The notes below the pieces were generated by a model. The model had not been told where the DNA came from. It saw nothing but the letters and a program-made list of their open reading frames with translations, and did no database searches. A DNA stretch of 64,000 nt from Eukaryota sp. GEM-RC1 (taxonomy: Eukaryota), in the NCBI GenBank assembly GCA_040285855.1, contig JAUFOQ010000001.1, positions 1,116,001-1,180,000 of the forward strand, in the 5' to 3' direction. This document shows positions 61,961-64,000 of this stretch, one piece after another (within the stretch, counting starts at the first letter, position 1; each line of letters starts with the position of its first letter). The position numbers and the translations under genes were made by a program.

Positions 61961-62783
61961 TGTCAGACTTATGTTGTGTATAGTGGTTGGTGCCATTGAG
62001 TTCATGGATTGTTTGAGTACAGGGAAACTTAATCTTCATCAAATTTCTCTTTCACTTCAAACCATGACTTTATCCAGGGACTGTATTTCAATGGATCCGA
62101 CGATTTCATTATAATCTCACATATCCACATCCGATCCACATTGAACTGTTTTCCGCTTAATTCCCACCACATGACATTCTTACGTCTGCAGCTAACGACA
62201 TCAAGTTCTTTCTTATTGATTCCATACGTAAAACAGACAGTCTGAAGAAATAGATAAATGGTATCGGTTGAAGACAGGGTTACAAGATAGTGAATATTTA
62301 GTATTGATGTGAACACAATTCATTACGATGCTTAGACGATAAATCAACTAAACAGAGAAACGTGGATGTTCCGTAATTCTCCCTTAATAATACTCAGATC
62401 AACAAATGCGTCGACCAAAAATAAGTTTGTCCCAGTTCAGATCAAGTTATGAATGTTCACTTGATCAAAACAGCTTTATCAAACTGAACCATGATTCAGG
62501 CCCGGTTCAGTTCAGAGAGGTGGTGAACTGAATTGAGCCATGAAACATTTCAAATTTTAACTATCAATTCAAATTAGTGTTTTGTCCGTTGAATAATAAA
62601 AATTTCTTTCAGTATTCTGGTTTGATATCAAAAATATCTTTCACAAAAACAAATGAAAAGGAACATCACTCAAATGTAATTGTAATCATCAATTCTTGTG
62701 AATAAAACAAATATAAATTGACCAATCACGTGCAAGAAAACAGGATGTATTTCTGCTCCAAAGAGACGAGAAAATGAATGTAG

Positions 62784-63165
62784 TTGATGAAGGTGTTGAT
62801 AAAACCAAAATATTCACAGTCACTAAAACAACAATCAGACAGAAATTGGAATGAAACAATTGTTCACCTCCCTCCACCAAGAGTTACTCCCGAAGCAACC
62901 CACGACTACTTCCTTCACACAGTTCACAGAGCTAGCAAGGAGTTCATGAGCCTGACCAAAGAAGGGACTGTAGTAAGAGAACTCAATGTGAAAGCTAGAA
63001 TGCATGAGGTGTTTGAAAAGGGTTTCGATCAGCGACTGAAAGTAACGACAGAATTCTGTAGCAAAGAAATGCATGCCCTCATTGAACTTCATGTAATGGA
63101 AGGTGTTGGGCATAATCTGTCAAACTTCCTGTCATCAGTCACATTCAATGCGATCTTCAGACAAC
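62784..63165 (+). pseudogene. Mx/DRP4-like dynamin stalk fragment (second, shorter copy)
   Basis: Closely similar to 9610-9990 in inverted orientation; lacks the internal stop but is deleted after FRQ. Confidence 0.65.
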
Positions 63166-63363
63166 AAAGCAGACAGTGTATCAGAGTTAGGTTGAGGGGG
63201 AGGAGATACTAGAAGAGAAGAAAACATTGAACACTTAACTGCTAGTAAGTGTTACATTATCATCAAATGAATGACTACTCTTCAGTGGAGGTTCAGGATT
63301 AGACATGTAGTTTTGTTAAAAGGCCACATGAACATTGGCTTATCACCTTTTCTATTACTTCTA

Positions 63364-64000
63364 ATGTCATTCTCCCTTCCGCCAGCAGAAACGCTTGCAA
63401 TTATCCTGGACGAACCTTCCTTGTGTAACCAAACCATTTCATTCGGCGAGGAATCTATGGATGTAAACAAATCTGTTCTCGCTGCCCATTCTACCTACTT
63501 CCGATCCCTCTGGTTCTTAGAGTTTGGGGACAAGCTTGAAAACCCCATTGAATTCTCACATCTTCCTGTAAGTTCTGACAACTTCTTCCTCTTCATCAAG
63601 TCCTTCTTTGGCAAATCATTCACTTTCGATGAGAGCAACGCCTACAACTTCTTTTACCTCGTCCACTACTTCCAAGTGGACAAACTCATTCACTACGTGG
63701 AAAACCACCTAAGCACTCATCTCGTAACATGGGCTTGGTTAAAACCATTCATTCAAGAAGCAAATGAAAGAAATGACTTGAGAGCTCTGGAATTTATTGG
63801 TCCTTTCTTTTCTAAGATTGATGACCTGTTGATTGATGACGTGATGGCAATGAATACTGAGGGGTTACAAACGCTTGCAAAATATTGCACTTCCACTCAA
63901 TCACAGTCGTGGTTTATTAAATCAATGGTCGAATCAATTTTGAATCAATCTTTAGATGTCAAGGATTTTTTAAATATTTTGAATTCTTGTCCAGTCCAAG
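63364..64000 (+). CDS. BTB-coiled-coil-SPRY family protein, 5' part (runs off window)
   Basis: ATG 63364 MSFSLPPAETLAIILDEPSLCNQ, colinear with the 3769 copy. Confidence 0.85.
   Translation, partial: MSFSLPPAETLAIILDEPSLCNQTISFGEESMDVNKSVLAAHSTYFRSLWFLEFGDKLENPIEFSHLPVSSDNFFLFIKSFFGKSFTFDESNAYNFFYLVHYFQVDKLIHYVENHLSTHLVTWAWLKPFIQEANERNDLRALEFIGPFFSKIDDLLIDDVMAMNTEGLQTLAKYCTSTQSQSWFIKSMVESILNQSLDVKDFLNILNSCPVQ

Overview
AT-rich, gene-compact eukaryotic DNA from what is most likely an anaerobic, intron-poor protist. This is inferred from a pyruvate:ferredoxin oxidoreductase, tiny GT-AG introns, DOCK, UPF1 and a kinesin; a metamonad is plausible but not provable from this window. A central housekeeping block (about 13.5-40.3 kb) holds a DOCK GEF, DJ-1/PfpI, an RNI-like LRR protein, a ComEC-like metallo-beta-lactamase, an APD1-4-like membrane protein, UPF1, a kinesin-14-like protein and PFO. 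It is flanked by transposon-dense regions with hAT elements and MITEs, IS630/Tc1, CRE-like non-LTR, Ty3/gypsy and MULE remnants. Those flanks carry six copies or fragments of a BTB-coiled-coil-SPRY gene family whose SPRY frameworks are nearly identical but whose loops are hypervariable; two copies sit next to an Mx/DRP4-like dynamin stalk fragment. This family is the best candidate for an undescribed, TRIM-like protist immune receptor system. Several core genes are split by single-base indels, mostly in homopolymers, probably assembly errors. All calls come from motif recognition by eye; no searches were run.
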